The notes below the pieces were generated by a model that did no database searches, was not told the origin of the DNA, and was given only the letters and a program-made list of their open reading frames with translations. From the human T2T-CHM13v2.0 reference genome, Homo sapiens, in the NCBI RefSeq assembly GCF_009914755.1, contig NC_060932.1: a DNA stretch of 64,000 nucleotides; one strand, 5' to 3'. The position numbers and the translations under genes are program-made. Of the stretch, positions 59,211-64,000 are shown one piece after another. The first letter of the stretch is position 1; each line of letters starts with the position of its first letter.

Positions 59211-60357
59211 GATATTATATTAACTTATAAGTTTTACGTAAGCTACCTAAGTCTACTGGTGTCAACATTTTACCAGTTTGAATGAAGCAGTGAAACCCTA
59301 CCTCCCTTTATATCCCTTTGCCCTCTGCCATTGACAACACAATTGTCTTAAATGTATCCTCTAGATATGTAGAGACCCTGTATTGTATTTACCCATATTT
59401 TAGCTGCTTCCCGTATTCTTTCTTTCTTCCTGGTTTCCAAGATATTCATCATTTACTTTCTGTGTCAGGAACTTCCTTCAGTCCTTCTTTTAGGGTAGGT
59501 CTGCTGGTGACAAACTCTCTTGATTTTCCTTCATCTAAGAATTTCTTGATTTCCCCATTACCTCTGGAGGATATTTTATAATATTTCTCCCTTAGGTAAT
59601 GTGTCATTTCTCTCTGGCTGCTTTCAAGAATTCTCTTTGTTTTCAGTTTTCAGAGGTTTAAGTATGATGAGTCTTGGTGTAGATTTATTTGGGTTTATCC
59701 TGCTTGGAGATCACTTAGTTTCTTAAATCTCTAGGCTTTTTTTTCTTTTTCTTTTTCTTTTTCTTTTTTTGCCAAATTTGACAGATCTATAGCCATTATT
59801 TCTTTGAATATGTTTTCTGTCCCATCCTTTCTCTTCTTTTCCCCTAACAGCAATGACACAAAATTTAGATCTTTTATTGCAGTCCCACATGTCCCAGTAG
59901 CTCTGCTTTTTATTTTTATTTATTTATTTATTTATTTTGCCTATGTTTGTCTATTTTTCAGATTATGTAAATCTATTGCTCTGGCTTCAAGTTCAATGAT
60001 CTTTTTCTTTGACCTCTGCTGTTCAGCCTGTCCACTGAGGTGTTTTTTATTTTGGTGTTTATCATTTTTAGTTCTAAAATTTCCATGTGGTTCTTCTTTA
60101 CAACTTTTATTTTTGCTGTGAATTCTACTCTTTTCTGAGATTTTCTATTCTTCATTTGTTTCAAGTGTGTTTGTGTTGCTTTTCTGAAGTATTTCCATAA
60201 TGGCTGCTTTAAAATTCTCATGAGAGGATTCTGACATGTGTGTCATCTCAGTTTTGGCATGTGAGGTTTTTCTTTTTGCATTCAGTATGAAATCTTCCTG
60301 GTTCTTGGTATAACAATTGGTTTTTGACTGAAATGGACATTTTGGGTATCACCCTAT

Positions 60358-60547
60358 AACCCCGTCACTACTAAAAATACAAAAATTAGCCAGGCGCCGT
60401 GGCAGGTGCCTGTAATCCCAGCTACTGGGGAGGCTAAGGCAGGAGAATCACTTAAACCCGGAGGCGGAGGTTGCGGTGAGCCGAGATCACACCACTGCAC
60501 TCTAGCCTGGGCAACAGAGCAAGACTCTGTCTCAAAAAATAAAAAAG
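60358..60547 (+). mobile_element. Alu, 5'-truncated (right arm)
   Basis: Starts at aaccccgtcactactaaaaatac. Confidence 0.9.
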
Positions 60548-61249
60548 ACTGTGTCTTATTTAAATTTGTGTTTTAGCAGGCCTACTCTGAAATTACTCCA
60601 ATGGGTGATGGGGCTCCTTCTTGTCATTGTCATGTGAGGGATGGAAGTCCAGATTTTCCACTCAACCTCCATCATCACCCAGAAGGCGAGGGGCTTCTCA
60701 TTACTGCTGTGTGCAAATGAGAGCTCAGGCTCCCCACTAGGCCTCTCCTGATACCTCCTTGCTAGGAGGAGCAAGGTGCTTCATTAGTGCTTCCCAGGTG
60801 GCTTCCACTGACACCATGAGGGGAGTGGCCTTCTTACTGTTGAGTTGTGGCTAAACTCCTAATTGTCCACTAGACTTCCTCCCATACCACCTCAGTGGGG
60901 AGGGTAAGAAGTGCCTCATTACCACAGGAACATAGTGGAAGTCCTGTGTCCCTGCTGGTCTCTGTTGACAGGAAGGGAGAAGGGAAATTCTTTACCACCC
61001 AGAGGGCATGAAAGTCCCAGCTTTCAAGCAAAGTATGAAGAATTAGGGAGCCTTGTTACAGCCTGACAAGGGTGGAAGTCTATGCCATCCACTTGGCCCT
61101 TATTGGTGGAATAGGGGTGGAGCACAGTTGTTTTTGTGATGCTCGGCTGAAGTCGAATGATTATTTTCTAAAAGTTTTCTACTTTGTTTGGCTTCCCCTT
61201 TCCTGATCCTTTTGCTAAAGAGCACAAGGTTTAGTTGGGCTTTAAAAAA

Positions 61250-61772
61250 ATAATTTCAAATTTTATTTTAAATTCAGAGGGTATGTGTGCAGGTTTGTTA
61301 CATGGGTATATTTCATGATGCTGAGGATTGGAGTAAGGATGATCCCATCACCCAGGTAGTGAGCATAACACCCAATAGTTAGTTTTTCAGCCCATGACTG
61401 ACTCCTTCCCTCCTTCCCTGCTGTAGTAGTCCCCAGTGTTTTTTGTTCCCATCTTTACATCAGTGCTTAGCTCCCACTTATAAGTGAGAACATGCAGTAT
61501 TTGATTTTCTGTTCCTGCAGTAATTCACTTAGGATAAAGGCCTCCAGCTGTATGTGTGTTGCTGCAAAGAACATAATTTTGTTCTTTTTGTGACTGCATA
61601 GTATTCCACAGTGTGTATTACCACATTTTCTTTATTTGATCCGCTGTTGATGGGCACCCAGTAATCAACCTAGGTGCCCATCAATGGTGATTGCCCATGA
61701 GCAGTTGATTATTTTGTTATTGTGAATAGCACTACAATGAACATATGAGTACATGTGTCCTTTTTGTAGAAC
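61250..61772 (-). mobile_element. L1PA (L1PA13-16-like) 3' end
   Basis: gtgcaggtttgttacatgggtata; ctcccacttataagtgagaacatgcagtattt. Confidence 0.85.
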
Positions 61773-62128
61773 TACGTATGAGACCAGTGACTTCTGGGTT
61801 GCCAGTTTCTCCAGCACCTCGTCTAGGAGATAAAAAAGAAAGAAAACCTAGAGAATTTAACTTCATGTCATCTCTTGGGTGTCAACATCCCTAGCTGGGC
61901 TGCCTTCTTCTCTCTGCCTTTGAGTTTTCTTGTTTGTTTTGTATATGATGTCAAGGGTTTTTCATTACATTTATTGGGAGGAATAGGAAAAAGTATATTT
62001 ACTTAATCTTCCTTGAAGCAGAAGTCCTCTACTGAGCAATTTTAAAACATTGTTACATAACAAATGATAACATTTAAATCTTGTCATTCATCAGAATCTG
62101 AGGAATTCTTAAATAGTAGTTAAATATC

Positions 62129-62510
62129 TGTTAAGGGTTGAATTGTGTCCTTTCAAAATTCATATTAAAGTTTTAACCCCCAGTACCTCAAAATGTGACC
62201 ATATTTGGAGTTGGGGTCTTTAAAGTGGTAATTAAGTTAAAATGACATCTTTAGGGTAGGTCGTAATCCAATATGACTGGTGTCTTTATAAGAAGAGACA
62301 ATTAGAACATAGACTCACCCAGAGGGAAGACCCTGTGAAGACACCGGGAGAAGGTGGTCATCTACAAGTCAAAGGGAGAAGCCCCAGAAGAAACCAACCC
62401 TACTGATGCCATGACTTTGGACTTCTAGCAATTGTCAAATAATACATTTCTGTCGTTTAAGCCACCCAGTCTGTGATACTTAGTTATGGCAGCCCTAGCA
62501 AACTGATACA
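62129..62510 (+). mobile_element. MLT1B LTR
   Basis: tgttaagggttgaattgtgtcc...gcagccctagcaaactgataca; TSD atatc/gtatc. Confidence 0.88.
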
Positions 62511-64000
62511 GTATCATAGCATTAAAACACAAGGTATTGATTTTATTTAATAATGGGGAAAAAAATCTACATGATAAAAGTTAGATACCTCATTTTTTTC
62601 TTATCCTTCCTTTTGACTTAAACTAAAAATTCACAATTGTAACATCCAGCATATGCTCCATAAATGATTTACTTTTCTCCAGGAGATATATTCTGAGAAA
62701 GTATTTAAAAATTGAAAATCTGGAAAGTCTTCTGCTCTTGAATCTGTTCCATAGCATGCTGACTAGAACTCCTAAATTCATGAGAGAAATACCTGTCTGA
62801 TGCAAAGACAGATGGTGCCAAAAAAGAAAAAAATTCTGGAAAATACATATATGTGAAAAATAGCCACATTGCACCATACAATGAACCAAGTAAAGACAGA
62901 AAATTAGATATAGGGACAGAAGAATGAAGGAAAGAAAGAAAAAAGAGAAGGAAGAAGAGACTGTAGGAAAGAAATAAAAAGGAAAGGGAGGAGGAAGAAG
63001 GGAAAGACATACTCTGGAAAAAATGAGAGAGAAAAAGAATATTAAATCATTTTTCTTCACTAAACATTACTAATAAAAGTTCATGGAGTTCTTCCAGAAT
63101 GGAAGTGTTTGTAAAGGTTGATAATAACGTTTTGGAGAAAATGGCCAATGTGCAAAAAGAAAAATGCTGTGAATGTTTATAAAATGACACATTTGGTTTG
63201 CTCAGTTTATTTGCAGAAGTTCTCATAACAGCATTGCACAGTAGAAAAAAACAGTAAACAGAGAAGTAGAAGGAGATTTCAGATATGATGACCTTTCAAA
63301 AAACTGTAATGCATAGAACATCAGAGACTTTTCCTTTCAATATTTGGTTTCAGCAATGTTGAGCCTTCCAAAGATTTGTACATATTGTTACCAATAACTG
63401 TTTAATTCTTTTTACTGACTGATAACAACACATGGCCATCCTGTTCTCCAGAGAACTTCCTCAAGCAAGCGGGAACCACCTTGGGTGTTCAAGGTTCTCA
63501 AGTGCATCAACCCAGCAGAGAGTGAGAAAGTGAGTGTATCTGGAGAGCGTTGCATTAAGAGAGATGGAACATAAAACTGAATAAGGGTGAGTTTGCTAAT
63601 ATGGGGACAATTTCCTCTATCACAGGGATTAATATCTTGGTTAGGGCCTTGGGTGAGGGATAGCTCCAGGAAGCTCAGAAAAAGCAGTGGCCCACATGAA
63701 ACAAAGATGCCAGATCTGCCATGGCAAATTAGTGGAGGAAGGGATCAAAAGGCTCAGAGTAGTGGGCATGCTGGAATAGGTTTACATATAAACCTGGAAA
63801 ATCCTGTAGGTGACCATGTTCAACTCCAGATACTTCTGAGTTTAAGGGAAATAAATTCAGAATTGAATCTCAGTCAGTACAACATTATCAAGTTCCCTCT
63901 TGACAGCATCTTTCTCCCAGGAATGACACAAGATGAAGATGAGTTGGGGTGATGGGAATAGATGTACCCTCCTAGTGCCTTCTTCTTGTCCTCAGAGGTT

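Larger units (their letters stand above)
54650..62028 (-). mobile_element. Fragmented near full-length old L1 (L1MD/MC-type) with nested insertions
   Basis: 3'UTR at 54.65-55.0 kb; ORF2 peptide FPCPDDFTGEFYQMLKEKLTPI; ORF1 remnant at 59973-60221; 5' end at about 61790-62028. Confidence 0.75.

Noticed and set aside
62623-63060. 145-aa hydrophobic ORF on the minus strand
   Set aside because: Arises from the complement of a low-complexity GA-rich tract; no recognisable domain

Overview
This is primate genomic DNA, probably human or ape: it carries AluJ/S/Y, L1PA/PB/MA/MC/MD, MER4, MER51, LTR8 and LTR22. Most of the window is decayed interspersed repeats, often nested. The largest are a near full-length L1MA (-) with a 14-bp TSD at 7.75-14.95 kb, a two-LTR MER4 provirus (-) at 36.8-45.2 kb and a fragmented L1MD-type element (-) at 54.6-62.0 kb. 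I found no intact protein-coding gene, RNA gene or CRISPR array, and nearly all listed ORFs are Alu, L1, LTR or simple-repeat translations. The most notable observations are structural. (i) A compound templated insertion at 2677-3375 was copied from two nearby loci. (ii) A 224-bp retrocopy with poly(A), ATTAAA and a TSD sits inside an L1PB at 50.8 kb. (iii) An AluY with foreign 5' flank and no TSD lies in an inverted AluY pair sharing a non-CpG variant. (iv) Several fold-back micro-inversions are present. (v) A series of + strand splice-signal-bounded segments in unique DNA may be a decayed gene or lncRNA; I could not identify it. Subfamily names come from recalled consensus sequences, not a RepeatMasker run, and boundaries are approximate unless a TSD is given.
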